Assembly (NCBI GenBank): GCA_965112735.1 | Contig: OZ218952.1 | Span: 3,472,001 to 3,536,000 of the forward strand | Length of the DNA: 64,000 nucleotides | From: Phaeosaccion multiseriatum | Lineage: Eukaryota; Protista; Ochrophyta, other classes | Direction: 5' to 3' | In this document: piece after piece, positions 1 to 13,673 of the stretch | How the letters are laid out: every line of letters begins with the position of its first letter | Position numbering within the stretch: position 1 is the stretch's first letter | The notes under the pieces: generated by a model | The model's database searches: none | Told to the model about the DNA's origin: nothing | The model's input: only the letters and a program-made list of their open reading frames with translations | Position numbers and translations under genes: made by a program

Positions 1-24
1 TGTAGCACCAACACCGCAACGCAC

Positions 25-1756
25 CTTCCCAGCATGCGGTCAAAGTCCTCTCTGCCGAGTGTGAGACAGCGTGTGCCCTCTCCTCCCTCCGCGGATAGAC
101 AAGATGCTGCCCTCTGCTCGTCGCTGAGAAGCGCCCGCTCTCCGAAGTAGTCGCCCTCCTTGAGGCCGCCCACCTTCTTGCCTAGGCCGCTGGCCTCGTC
201 GTCGTCCTCCCGCTTGTATACATCCACCTTGAGGAGGAAGAGGAGACGGAGGAGGGAGACAGGGGAGAAGGAGCGAGCGGAGAAGGGGAGGAGGGGAGGT
301 GAGAACTAGACTGCAGCGTGTTTCATACACGCTTACCCTCCCTCCCCCTCCCTCCCTAGGCTGCCTGCCCAAGCACGGAAACCCAAAATTGAAGGCCCGA
401 CACCCCCTCCTCCTCCTCTCCTCTCCTCTCCTCTCCTCTCCTCGCCCCCCCCCCCCCTCGTCCTTTCTCTCCCTCCCCTGGTCGTCGCCCCCATGCCCCT
501 CACCTCCCCCTTCTCCAGGATGTAGAAGGCATCTCCCGTCTCCCCCTGCCTCACGATGCAGTCCCCTGGCTTGAACTGTTCCTCCTCCAACGCATCTGCC
601 AACTGTCGAAGCTCGGCCTCTGAGAGCGCCTCAGAGAGTTTGGCGTTACCGATCACCACCTTGCCCAGCAGCTCCAGGCTAGGTTGTGGATAGAGGCGTA
701 TGGAGACGGAGGGAGAGAGGGAGGGAGGGAGGGAGGGAGGGAGGGAGATAGGAGGAGAGAGTAAAGGGGTGAGGTAGAGAAAGGGTTGCGGCGATCGGGC
801 ACACCCCCGTGAGAGGTGCGGCCTTTGCTTTCTTACCGCTGGGAAAGCGCCCGCTTCTTCTTCTGCGTGATGATACCGCGCACGGTCATTCTGAGGAGAG
901 CAGAGAGGGATGGCAGTGGATGGGGGGATGGGGGGATGGCAGTAGATGGGGGGTGCGGGATGGTAGTGGATGGAGAGGGGCATCACAACGAGTGGCCCGT
1001 TCTTTTACGTCAACTTGAGAGAGCGCGTACGCATGCGGGTGTGGGTGTGGGTGCGTGTGCGATTGGCGTTACTCTCTGTATGCCTCAACATACATCCCTT
1101 TCTCACTACGCCTCCCGCTCCCCTTCCAATATACCCCCCTACAAACCTTCTACTAACCCCCCTCCTCTCCCTCCTCCCATCCCCCACCCCTTGCATGAAA
1201 CCGATGAAAACGACTCCATTCCACCCACCCACCTTCCGATACTCCATAGCTTGCCCCCCCCCCCCTCATCGGCTCTGACGGTCGCCGCTCTGGGGTTGTT
1301 GTACATGAGAGAGAGCTCGCCAAAGGATTCGCCAGTGCTGTACGGAGCACGCACCTCCACGGGCTCCGTGGCACCAGGAAACACAACAAACACATGCAAC
1401 TTGCCTGCGTTCAGGCCGGTACGACGACAGGGAGAGAGGAAGAGAGAGAGGGAGAGAGGGAGAGAGGGAGAGAGGGAGAGAGGGAGAGGGAGAGAGGAAG
1501 AGAGAGAGGGAGAGAGGGAGAGAGAGAGGGAGAGAGGGAGAGAGGGAGAGAGGAAGAGAGGGAGAGAGGGAGAGAGGGAGAGAGGGAGAGAGAGAGAGGG
1601 AGAGAGAGAGAGAGGGAGAAAGAGGGAGAGAGGGAGAGAGGGAGAGAGAGGGAGAGAGAGGTCAGTAAGGAAGAAGCATCACTCCTTATTGCGGCCAAGC
1701 GCATGCACCACTCCCTCCTCATACACACGCACTCACACGCACGCACACACACACAA

Positions 1757-1793
<37 letters not shown>

Positions 1794-1807
1794 CATCTGC
1801 ATCATAA

Positions 1808-1893
<86 letters not shown>

Positions 1894-2181
1894 CCCCCCC
1901 CTCTCTCTCTTCCTCACGGTACGCACCGCTCTCCACTACGTAGAAGTCGTCTCCTTGGTCCCCCTGCTTGATCACAGTCTCTCCGTTCTCCACAGACACC
2001 GGCTTGAAGGAGTCGATCAACAGCTCCTGCGGGAGGGGGGGGGAAGCAGTGGATCGGGCACAAAGCAGCAAAAGCCGCGAAGAACGTAAGCTCGACCGAG
2101 GAAGTAAGTTTGTGCGCGATTCGATCAGACAGGCATCCTATCCCCCTTCATCAATCCCTCCGTCTCTATCTATCTACCTAC

Positions 2182-2224
<43 letters not shown>

Positions 2225-3021
2225 CCTATCTATCCATCTATCTATACATCTATCTATCTCCGGGAATCTTCTTTCTCGTGTGTATCTCCCTGCCTGCTGC
2301 CCCCCCCCCCTTCCCGCAGTGCCTCTCTTTTTGGCGTGTTGCCTGTGTGGCCTCCCTCCTTGCCTTCTCAATGTCATCGCAGTTCTTGAAGAGGATAGAG
2401 TCTCGAATGGAGGATAAGATGAGCTTGCGAATCTCGTCGGACTTTTCATATGTCTGCGCAGTGAAGTCGTCGAGGTTTTGCGCAGCGCCGGCAAAGACGG
2501 CAGCTCGAGCAGCCTTCGGTCGGCCTGACGGTGAGGAGAGCAGAGGGGAAGGGAGGAGAGGAGGAATGGGGGGTGTGCAAGGTGACGTTCGTGTGTTCCA
2601 GGACGTTGTCAAGTTTCAGGATCCATCTCGACCATGGAGACGGGCAGCGACGGCTCTGACTGGTCTCCCTGCCTGCCTCCCTTCTTCCCTGCCTTCCTGC
2701 CACTGCCCCTCCCTCCCTCCCTCCCTGCGTGCTTGCCCCGCCGTCACCCGGTTGTGACTAACCTGCCCCAGCATTTGTAGGTTCTTTGGTGTTGGTTGCG
2801 TCCCCTCCTTCTGCCGCTCCTGCGCCGGCCCCCAGGTCCTTGACAACCTTGTAGAGCTGCTCTGTAAGCCTTCTCAGCTTAACGATTTCCTCCTTCGCCT
2901 GCTCTAGATCTGCAATATCGCTGGCATCTAAGGGCTTTCGTCTCTCAGCCTGAGCGGTCAGGGCCTCACGCGCCTCCCGATGAGACTCGAGGAGACTCTG
3001 TGTACTTGCCCCGCTCCCCAT
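25..3021 (-). CDS. Cyclic-nucleotide-binding protein (PKA regulatory subunit / PKG-like), spliced, 3' part beyond window
   Basis: ATG at 3021 gives MGSGAS (myristoylation-like). Inferred exons: 3021-2763, 2524-2364, 2026-1927, 1404-1233, ~890-836, ~678-505, ~227-25. They encode two CNB domains (VIKQGDQGDDFYVVESG...FGELSLMYNNPRAATV and IVRQGETGDAFYILEKG...FGERALLSDEQRAAS). A kinase domain is not visible in the window. Confidence 0.85.
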
Positions 3022-3332
3022 CTCTCCCTGCCTTCTTGTCCTCTCCCGCGCGGGGCGGTGTTCCCAAGGACCCTCTTCCTGAGCTAAGCACAATAGCAAC
3101 TTCGGCCGAAGCTCTGGCAACGCTTTCCTCTGAGCAGCAGCTGAAGTACGCCTCAACACATGCGATGGAGAGAGAAATCGTTTGCAATCCAGCAGCTCTG
3201 GTGGGTGGGCTTCATCGTCGCCCTTTCCTTAACTCTTCCTCCTGTATGCAGTGTCCAGGCTGAAACGTAACGCCCCACAATTCACAATTGAATTTGAATT
3301 TCAATTGTTTTCCCCTGGGGTCTTGGATTTGT

Positions 3333-3646
3333 TCGACCCCTGACACGCTATCGCTCACATTCTCGATAGCGCGCTATCGGCCGCCGGCCAATAGCGGATA
3401 GCGTGCCGGCTGGCGCCGGCCGATAGCGGATAGCGCGCCGGCTGGCGTCAGCTCTCCCCCCCCCCCCCCCCCCCGGTGCGGTAGCAGCTGACGCTGGCGA
3501 TAGCGGATAGCGCGCCGGCTGGCGCCGGCGATAGCGGATAGCGAGCCGGCTGCGCGCCGGCGATAGCGGATAGCGCGCCGGAGATAGCGGATAGCGTGCC
3601 GGCTGGCGCCGGCGATAGCGTTAGCGGATAGCGTGTCAGGGGTCGA
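3333..3646. mobile_element. MITE-like non-autonomous DNA element
   Basis: Perfect 20-bp terminal inverted repeats TCGACCCCTGACACGCTATC (3333-3352 / 3627-3646), flanked by direct repeat ATTTGT (3327-3332, 3647-3652). The interior is built of GATAGCG and GCCGGC subrepeats. Confidence 0.75.
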
Positions 3647-4632
3647 ATTTGTCTCTTTGCACATGGCTGCGCTCCAACGGACTGTCTTGCATACTACAAA
3701 CGTGACAACAAGAGGTGCTCTCACGTGGCGCCCACCACGGGCCGAGTGCAAGCCGGGCAAAACCAGGCTCCCTCTGGCACCACCGTAAGAGGAGGGTCGA
3801 GGCATCCGGTGTGGTACTCTGCAGTCAGCTGTGAGTTGGTACGAAGTACTAAGTACTACTTGCGGCCACGCCAACACCGCCCGTCTAGCAGTTCAAACCC
3901 CAACCCTTGAGCTCCGCTTCGAGGTAGTAATCGTGGCGGCAGCACCACCAGTGGAGGCTAGAGAAGGAAGGCATGTATTCGTTCTGAGACCGTCTGCTTC
4001 TTCTGCTCTCCGTCCCTTTGGCACTATCACCTCGGCACCAAACGGACTCGTTCCACCATCCCCTTTAAACTCCTGGAACCTTCGTTGCGCTTCCTGCCCT
4101 ACAAGCGTGCTTCAACACTAGACCGGCAAGCTTCACTTCACTGCGTCGCTGTGCCTTCCTCCACTGTTTCTAACCCCCCCCCCCCCCCTGTTTGCAAGCA
4201 AGTTGCACACGGGCACGGACACAGGACCTCCTCCCTCTCATCCCATGGACTGGAATCCATCCAGTGCCATCCAGCGCGCTGCCCCTCTCACAGCACCAGA
4301 CACCTGACACCTGTCCACCTGGGACCTGGCCCTGCGTCTCTACGAGCTCTCGCCATATCCACACCGCGTACACCTCGGTATGTACGTCCGCGCTCCTTCT
4401 CCAGCTGAAAGAGCCTGAATGTGACGGTTACAGTTCGTCCAAGGCGAGGTTCACACCCCCTTTCATGCTACTTGACAGCGTGACGGTGCGGGATGGAGCT
4501 CTACATCGTCCCCCTGAGACCTCTCCAAAGCGACGATCCCATCACCCCACCTAACCTCACCTCACCCCAGCTCCACCTAGTAGCGCTTCTCTACCTCACA
4601 GCCTCGCAGTGCAGTCAGTGGTGCACATCCCG

Positions 4633-5863
4633 TCAGAAAGTTCCGCGGCCGCCCCCTACCGGCAGCTCATCGCTGGCCATGCTGATATTCACAGTCGCCA
4701 CCAGCATCTCCTCCCCCCCGCCCCCCTCCAGTCCCCCAAACACCACCCCGACTGAGTGGCTCCCAAGATCAGTCAAGGCCCACGATTGGCCCCTTCTCGC
4801 CGTTTCCTCCTCCTCCTCCTGCTGCTGCTGGTCCTCGTCCCCCTCCTCCTTGTCTACCGCCCCACCTTCACTCTCCTTTGAGGGCTGCACCCTCTCTACT
4901 CCACCACCCTGTCGCCACCGCTGCTTTTGCTTCTGCTTCTGCTCATCCGCCTCATTCAAAGACCTGATCTGTGATGGATTGACCTTGATACGCAGCTGCT
5001 TCCGGATCTCGTTCGCTATTTGCTTGGCCCTGCTCGCGCGCACGCGTGTGTGTGTGTGTGAGTGTGTGTGTGCAGTATAAGATGTGGAAAAGGGAAGGCA
5101 ACGCGACAAAAAGAGCGACCGCCCAAAGAAAGCAAAACAAAAGAGGGAAAAGTCGAGTCAGGACAAGCAAATGTCCCCACCCCTTCAGCAAAGCGCAAGC
5201 AAAGGCTCCAACAACAAGTACAGACCAAAAAATACACACAACAATCATTACAATAATGATAATGAATGCAAGGGCATTGCAGTAGACAACAAAAAAAGAC
5301 ATACCATCCATCGAGAATGGGCTGAACGAATGAAGGAGAGAGACCGAACGAATCAGACAAAGACTGAACAATGCGTATCAAAGCAGACAGGCTACTCCGC
5401 CCACTTGACTCACCTGACTCTGATCTCCACAGGCAGATTCTCGTCCTCATCCTCTGCCCACCCGATCATCACCTCCATTTCTTCTTCCTCGCCCGTCATC
5501 ATCACCCCACCCATCCCCCCTCCCCCCCCCTCGCCGGGTTTTTTCTTCTGCTTGTTGGCCTTGGCAAGACGCGCCTTCTCCTCCTCCCTCTCCTTCCGTA
5601 GCGCGGCGGCTTTCTTCCTGGCCTCTGCCCGTCGCGACGGGATGGCGATTTCGATGGCGGAGGTCTCGAACAAGAGGCGAGCTTGCTGTACACTCCGCTC
5701 AGCCAAGTCGTCCCTCTGTAGCAGTTGGTGATACAGCATCCGCAGCACCAGCAGCAGCACATTTCCAAAGGAGAGACAGTGAGCTGCACAAAGTGGGGAT
5801 GGATGTTTTGTCTATCCACGCAACATCAACCACCACCCCCGCGTACCCGAACCCTTGCAGCCT

Positions 5864-5897
<34 letters not shown>

Positions 5898-6810
5898 AGC
5901 AGCAGCAACAGCAGCAACAGCAACAGCAACAACCACCACCACCACCACAACAACAAGAACAACACGCACCGATGACGCAAACTTGAGCACATTCTCCTTT
6001 GTGGCGTATGTGGCCAGGCCGTTGGGGTAGAGGTGGTTTCTGTGGAAGCCCGGCCGCACCGTGATCACCTCGCCTCGCAGGCCCTGCCCCAGGACGTCCT
6101 TTAGCAGTACCACGTCCAAGCTCTTATTTCTGTAAGTGTTTCGTATAGAGGTGGAGGGTGGGAGGGAGGGAGGGAGGGAGGGGGGGGGGGATATCAGTGG
6201 AGAAGAAGGGGGGTGCAGTGCATGCAGAGGTCGGTATCGAGGCCAGGAAGGGGGTTGCCAGCGGGTAGGCGAGCCGTACGGTAGGTGCTGGTGTGGTGGG
6301 GAAAGAAGCACCGCGCCACTTGTGCCCATTCTCTCCCCAGGGCAGCTGGCAGCCCTCTCGCTCACTGCGTTCCCTCACTGGAACCCACATCACACGCGTC
6401 TACTCCTCTGTGCCTTCCATTCCACCCCTTCGCTCAAACGCCCAGCGATTTCTCCATCAATCTATGGGGAATGTCCCGTCCCCAGTGAGTTGCACACCCT
6501 GGAGGAGGACAAGATCCTACCAGGGCAAGGCAAAAAGAAGGGAAGAAGAGGGACTTTCCTTCGCACCAGCACTTGCCATGAGAGAGTGCCCTTCTTGTCC
6601 TCTTCTCTCTGGGGTAATCGCCGCCCTGCTGCCTCCGACTCACCCCATGTGCCTGGTCTGCTGGTGCCAGTGCCCACACCCATGTGAAGGGTCGCCTTGC
6701 AGCCGCTGCCCGTGCCCACAGCCCGCTGCGGCTGCTCCGCCCAGAACACGGCGGACACCCTTGCGGCCGAGGGCCTTGCTAGCACTGTGGCACACTCGAG
6801 CGTACATCAT
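4633..6810 (-). CDS. MRPL9: Mitochondrial ribosomal protein bL9, spliced
   Basis: Arg-rich leader exon (MMYARVCHSASKALGRKGVRR...QQTRHMG) splices to the bL9 N-domain (LDVVLLKDVLGQGLRGEVITVRPGFHRNHLYPNGLATYAT, ~6130-5966). A middle exon lies at ~5720-5413 and a C-domain exon reads IANEIRKQLRIKV...LTDLGSHSVGV, with TGA at 4633-4635. Confidence 0.8.
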
Positions 6811-7050
6811 TCGCCCCTTTTGCTCTCGCTCATCGCCTGGGCCAGACTCCTCATGGTCGACTTCAGAAGTAGATGCTCTCGAAAATGGGTTCCCGCTCGA
6901 TATAGTTGTACCACCACTCTCTATTGCTCTGCCCCAGAGAGAGTGCAGGAGGTCCATAGAGGGATTGAGATGATGATGTCCCGTCAGCTGATTGAGTGGT
7001 AGTGAGGGGGTCTTCCAGGAGGAGCCGAAGGCAGCACGGTAGACTCCACC

Positions 7051-10000
7051 ATGTACGTCTTGTCATCCATCCTCCCCCCCCCATCTCCCTCAGCTCTCTT
7101 CTCTCGCTCTTTTCTCTGCCTCTCTCTTCTTCTCCCTCTTAAAACGCATGCGTAACTCGACCTCTTCGTCCTTTCTTCTTGCCAACAGTGCATGCTCTGG
7201 CAGTCGCAGTCCTTATTCTTCCTCCCCCTTTCCCCTCCCAACCTTTGCTCATCTCCTCACGCCTTCCCGCTCTGTGGGCCGATCCCTGCGCGGAAAGGTC
7301 GGATGAAGAGGAAGAGGAGTACGACTTTGATTACAGCGATGAAGACGAGGGGGAGCAGGAGGAAGAGGAGGTGAGGTGGTTGTCGATTCGCGCTGGGGGT
7401 GAAAGGAGCCAGCCATACTGCCCGCGATAGGGGCCCGTTCGTGCCGTGCTTGCTGCCGTATGGACCCCCCGCGCCGTACCTTCCTCCCTCTGACCCTTCA
7501 TATCTCCCTCCCTCCCTCCCTCTCTCCATCTCTCCCTCCCTCCGGCCCTGACCGCACCATCGTCGCACAGGTCGCCCTCGAGAATACATACTACAACGCG
7601 AAGGGGCTCAAAGCGACCGACACTCAGGCAGCGCTGGTAGAGTTTAACAAAGTGCGTGTGTGCGCCTCTTGGAACGGGGAGAGGGAGCCTGACTTTCATC
7701 AGTCCTCGCTCAGCGGCTTGCCTGCTCAAACCCCAGTCGTCGTGGTCAGCACATCTGGAATGGACGCAGCCTGCTGCTATCCAGAACATTGTCAACCCCC
7801 CCTCCTCTTCGCTCTTTGCCGACCCCCCCCCCCCCCTCCGCGCTTGTCGGCCCTGCCTTCTCTGTCTGCATGTATGTATGTATGTATGTATATGTCTGTC
7901 TGTGTGTGTCTGTCTGTCCGGTTCTCTCTGTCCACCCCCCCTCTGACCAAAGTGTATCGAGATGGAGACCCGTATGGGGGAGAAGGGCGCGTGGGGCTAC
8001 AAGGCACTGAAGCAAATGCTTAAACTCCTCTTTGCCAGGGGCGACATTGAGGAAATGATCAAGCGATACGGAGAGCTACTGTGTGAGTAGAGTAGTGGTG
8101 TGTGTGTGTTGGATGTCCTCCCTTCACCCCAATTTCACCCTCGGGCCATCCAACTTGCCTCTGCCCTCCCTCCCCCACCCCCCTTTCTCCCTCCCTGCTC
8201 TCCCTGCTCTCCTTTGTGTTGTAGAGCCAACATGCCACCTATTTGCTCTCTTTCTCAGGCGTTGCCACTCCCCATCACCCCTCCCTCCTTCCCTCTCTCC
8301 CTCTACCCGGTGTCCCCGCCTCCAATATACGCGAGCTCAACCTCCAAACTGTTTCCCCTCCCTCCCTCACCGCTCACCACCCCCCCCCTCCCGCATCTCT
8401 CACCCCCTCACCCTCTCTTCTTCCCTCCACACACACTCATGCACACACACACACATACACATACACACTCTCTCTCTATCTATCTCACACACACACTCCC
8501 TCGCAGTATACTCCAACGGTGCCGTGTCCCAGAATGTGTCTGAGAAGGGCATCAACTCAGTCCTCGACCTCGTCTCCGACGTTGGCTCAAGCCGGTGCTG
8601 TGCAGGCCCTAGATCAAGATGCCCAGCTGATGGAGAAGAAGGGGGAGGAGAAGGAGGAGGAGGAGGAGGAGGAGGAGGAGGAGGAGGAGGAGGAGGAGGA
8701 GGAGGAAGCGAGGGAGAAGGGGGGGGGGAGGGTAAGGGGGGGGATGAGGAGGAGGAGCGCTGGGCGCGGCTGCAGCGGACGCTTTACGATCAGACCCTCG
8801 AAGCGCTGCAGACCTGCCGGAACGAGCGCCTTTGGTTCAAGACCAACCTTAGGCTTGCCCACATGCTCTTTGCCATCAAGGTAGTTGTGTGCGTCTCTCT
8901 CTCTCGTCTCTGTGTGTGCGTGTGTGTGTGTCTATGTGTGTGCGTATGTTTGTCTATGTGTATGCGTATGTGTGTGTGTGCGTGAGTGTGTGTGCGTGTG
9001 TGGATGGGTGTGTGTCTATGTGTGTGCGCGTGTGTGTGCGTGTGTGTGCGTGTGTGTGTGTGTGTATACCTTCACCTATGCCCTTTGCCTTGCTGCAGCC
9101 CATTCGCCCATTCAAGTGGCGGTGCTGCTGACTTGCCCTGAGCTGGGTCTTCTGCTTCTCCCCTCCCAACTCACTCCCCTCTCTCTCCCCGTTCTTCCTC
9201 TCCCCACATCTCTCCTTCCCTCTCCACCCCGCCCCCCTTCCCTCACCCCACACTGTGCCCACCTCTGCTGCTGTAGGACTTACCCGCTCTGCGCAAGGTG
9301 ATAAAGGAGCTGTCCCGCTTCTGCTCCGCCAAGAGTGAGCAAGCCAAGGCCCTGCCCGAGGACGAGGTGGGGTCAGATACGTTCAAGAGGGGCACAATGC
9401 AGTTGGAGGTATACGCCTTGCAAATTCAGCTCTTCTCCCTACACAGAGATCACAAGAAGCTGCGGGAGACGTACGAGAAGGTACAGTTACAGTTTCGTTT
9501 TTTGCTTTGGTTTCGGTGTATGCACTCCAAAAGAGCACCATTTGTAAGAGTGTACACGTGTTGGTAGTACACCGTCGTTGGAGAGTGATGCTGCGCCCCT
9601 GTCTTCCCTCCTTCGTTCTCTCCTGCTCCCACACATTGTTGCTGACCCACGCTATGCATACGTGTGCCCATGCTCCTTATGTATGATGCGTTACGTATGC
9701 TTATGTATGCGTGCTCCTATGTGTATTGCGTGTGTATGCTTATGTATGCCCAGGCCCGGCGTCTGACGCAGGGAGTGCCGCACCCGCGCACATTGGCTAC
9801 CATCCTGCAGTGCGGGGGGCAAATGCACATGGAGGCAGGGGAGTACGACCAGGTCAGTAGTAGTCAGTGAGGGGTGAGGGTGGCGGTGAGGGGAGGGAGG
9901 GAAGGGTTGAAGAGAGAGTAGAGTGGAGGTCAGGTCAAGGAGGAACAACGAGTAGAAGGGAGGGGAGGACAGGCTGAGAGGAGAGGAAGGGCGGCAAGGG

Positions 10001-11999
10001 AAAGGGGGCGTTTTGCTCGTGGCGCAGTGATGACGGCCATGTGGAGCTAGTACCACGGTAGACCGTGCGTGGTGCATGTGCTATTGATTCGATCGGGCAT
10101 GTTGAAATGCCTTCATGCTAGTGATTCGATCGGGGCATGTTGAAATGCCCTCATGCTCTCTCTCCATCCGTGTCCTTCTTTGTGCATTCAATGTCTGTCG
10201 ATAAATTTGGATATTCAATGTCGATGCTCATTGTCGAACAGGCGTGCTCGGCCTTCTTCCAGTCTTTCAAGAGCTTTGATGAGGCCGGAGACCCCAAGCG
10301 GCTGCAGGTGGGTGGGCGAGGAGAGAGTTGGATGGCCGGGAGAAGACGGACTTCGGGGAAGGAGAAACCGAAACTGAAACTGACGGAAAGTGTGCTCCCC
10401 TTCCGATTCCAAGATTCCTGGGGCATCTTCGTAAGCCCCGCCGCCCCTCATGCCCTCCGGCCGCTCCTTCTCTCCTCTCCTCTCCTCCTCTGGCCCTGTT
10501 CCCCTCTCTTCCTCTGCCCCTCCTGCTCCTCTGCCCCCCCCCCCCCCCCCCTTCCTCTCCTCTGCCGCTCTACCCATGTACAGGTGCTCAAGTACCTCGT
10601 GCTTGCCTCCATTCTGCACAAGAGCAAAATCGACCCCTTCGACTCCCAGGAGGCTCTACCGTACAAGAAGGACCCCGAGATCGTCGCCATGACCAACCTC
10701 GTGCAAGCCTTTCAGGTACAATGGAAAAGCACTCATCTTGCTTACCTAGCAGTACACATAGACTTGTCACAGGGTAGAACCAATTGGTATATAACCCCTT
10801 CTTGCTCCCGTGAGTGTCCTTAATCCTACCCCCCTGAGTTCCAGCCGGTGACCCTACTCCCCCCCCCCAGAACGACGAGATTCGCTTGTTCGAGCAGACG
10901 CTCCGTCTGAACCGCGCCACGATCATGTCCGACCCGTTCATTCGCTCCTACGTTGACCGCTTGCTGCGGACCGTGCGTACGCAAGTGCTGCTTAAGGTCA
11001 GAGAGATCAGCAGGCAGCAGCTCGGCGCTCCGTCCAACCGTGCACACCAGTGGGCATCTCTTCCTCTCTGTGTGTGTCTCTGTGTCTGTATGTGTCTGTA
11101 TGTGTCTGTGTGTGTCTGTGTATGTGTGTGTCTGTGTGTCTGCATGTGTGTGTGTCTGTGTGTGTTTGTGTGTCTCTGTGTCTGTGTGTGTCTGTGTATG
11201 TCTGTGTGTGTCTGTGTATGTCTGTGTGTGTCTGTGTATGTCTGTGCGTGTCTGTATGTGTGTGTGTGTGTGTGTGTGTGTCTCTGTGTCTGTATGTGTC
11301 TGTATGTGTCTGTGTGTGTCTGTGTATGTCTGTGTGTGTCTGTATGTCTCTGTGTTTGTCTTGTCTTAGTGTGTTATGTCGTGGGAGGGTATGGCGACCC
11401 GTCGGGCGCTGTTGACTAATAGAAAGTCACGGCTTCTGTCCTCCTCTTTCCCCATCTTCTCTCCCTCCCTCCCTCTGTCCTACCCTACCCTTTCCATGAC
11501 GTTAAAACGCTGTCTGTCCTACCCCCCCCCCCTCCCTGCCGTCTCCCATCAGGTGGTGAAGCCTTACCGACGCATCTCACTGACTTACTTGGCAGAGCAG
11601 CTCAACGATATACCTCTCTCAGATGTAGAGTCGCTACTCGTCAGTTTAATCCTCGACGGACAGCTTCAGGCCCGAATGGATCAGACCAAGGGGCTGCTTG
11701 TATTAGGCGCGGGTGGAGGAGTGGGCGGTGCTCCAAGAGGGGCACAAGGTGGTGATACGGCAACAGGAAGGGCGGCGATGGGGCTGAAGGGCCGTCGCGG
11801 AGCAAGATCAGAAAAGGCGGCGGAGCGGTTACGGCGAGGGTCGGCGCGGATGGGATCGGCGTTAGGCCTCGGCCTGGGGAGCGGCACGGAGAGTAGCAAC
11901 GCCGTCCTATCAGCAAGGAACATGGAGGCGTTGGAAGACTGGACAGACGCGCTGGCGACGACGGGGAAGGCGCTATTTGACCAGCGCCTCGCCAGCTGA
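7051..11999 (+). CDS. CSN2: COP9 signalosome complex subunit 2, spliced
   Basis: Exons give [92 protein letters not shown] and the PCI domain [15 protein letters not shown]...LVSLILDG. Stop at 11997-11999. Confidence 0.93.
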
Positions 12000-12738
12000 C
12001 ACACACACACACACACTCGCCCACGCACGCGCGCACACACACGCACGCACACGAATGTCCTTGACGGGTAGTACGCATCACTCTCTGGCCAGACAGACGC
12101 CCTCCCTCCTTGCCCCGGGGGTGGAGGATGACGGGGAGTCAGTCATGTGCATCTTGTCTTCGGAGAGGAGCTTCCTTCCTTCCCCGCGGGGGGCGCCTTC
12201 GCAAGAGACGAGGCCAGAGATTCAGTCTATTCTTCTAGTCTGGATCGATACGGGAGGAGCACAAAGTCTGGGAGGGGTGGAGGCCTGAAAGGGTATGTAC
12301 CATCGGGTGCCATCCTCCCCCCTTGCTTACGGCGAGCCCCCGTTGTTATCACTACTCGGGGACCTCCCCCAACACCGCGGGGCCCCTCACTATATGGAAG
12401 GTGTTGGAGAGAGTGCCTGGGGCAAGGTACACGATGGGAGGGTGAAGGAGGAGGAGTCTCCACTAAAACTTTTGACGGGAGGGTGAAGGAGGAGGAGGAC
12501 AACATGCTATTGACGACCGAGAAAGAGAAGGGGCGAGGAGACGGGCCAGGGAGAGCGGCGCAATTAATCACAGGAGGGGCTGGGGCGGCTGAAACTGAAA
12601 CTAATGCTCCGCAGGGCTTCTTCGTGTTGGTTATTCATGCAGGCGCACGCACGCGCTTCCCTATGGTCAGGAAAGCCCCATCCTCCCGTACATAAGCCTG
12701 GACCGCAGGGCCTGTCCCCCCTCTTCCACCGCCGCCAC

Positions 12739-12774
<36 letters not shown>

Positions 12775-13071
12775 TTTACTTTTAAAATATACTTCGAAGT
12801 AATAGGAATCACGGAAGAAAGGAAGAGTGTGTGGGTGTGTGTGTGACAGGAGAGAGAGACGAAAGGGTCATGGTGAGGAGTTTGGAGAATCAATACACAC
12901 AAAAAAAAAAAAAAAAAAGTACTGCCCCGGGGAACTTAGCCCTCGAGGTCGTGTCCCTCTGACTCATCAGTTCTCCCCATTGGAACAAAGTTGATACCAG
13001 CCAGGATCCTGTGGCGAACCGATCGTTCGTGTCGGGCCCGCTGGAGCGCTACATGGGGACGTGTGACGTGT

Positions 13072-13134
13072 GCACTTTATTGACTTAATAGGAATCACCT
13101 GAGAAACTGAAAGTGTGAAAGTGTGTGTGTGTGT

Positions 13135-13168
<34 letters not shown>

Positions 13169-13573
13169 GTGTCGCTGTGTCTCCGGGGCCCTCGAGGAGC
13201 CGGTTACTCCCCCTCTAGGGCGGGGAGGGGGAGTGCAGGACCGGCTCCGCGGTTGAGCCGACCCAGGAAGGCGCGCTCCCGCTCCGAGAGCCACATCTGG
13301 TGGCTGCAGCTGACGAGGCGGCAAAGTCTTGTCAGGACGTGGCCCTTGGTGGTGGAGGAGCCAGTGCGGCCTGTGCGGGAGACCACGTGCTCGGCGAGTG
13401 CGTGCAGGAGCGATTGCGCCTGTGCGCCGAGTCGGCCGTGGGTCTCGATGGCGAAGGTGGAGAGGCGAACACGCTCTCGGTCGTAGGTGCCCCTGTAGTG
13501 TCGCTCCTTGCGGGTCTCGCTGTTGGCGGCTGCCGCTCCCGGTCTAATGTCCGTGCGGAGCACATTCAAGGCC
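13072..13573 (-). mobile_element. 5'-truncated CRE-like non-LTR retrotransposon fragment (restriction-like endonuclease C-terminus + 3' UTR)
   Basis: Minus ORF reads GAAAANSETRKERHY...STFAIETHGRLGAQAQSLLHAL, the RLE C-terminal pattern. It is followed by a (CA)n-containing 3' UTR with AATAAA. A 15-bp direct repeat GGACGTGTGACGTGT flanks it at 13057-13071 and 13574-13588. Confidence 0.75.
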
Positions 13574-13673
13574 GGACGTGTGACGTGTTGAATCATGAGG
13601 ACGTGTTGGTCCTCCAAACTCATAGCTGGCTGCAAACTGAGTGTGTGGGCTAGCAAAAAACAAATACCAGAAA

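Noticed and set aside
3700-4600. Short ORFs between the MITE and bL9
   Set aside because: No recognisable motifs or convincing exon chain.
12000-12920. ORFs downstream of CSN2
   Set aside because: Low complexity with no recognisable domain. Likely UTR or intergenic.
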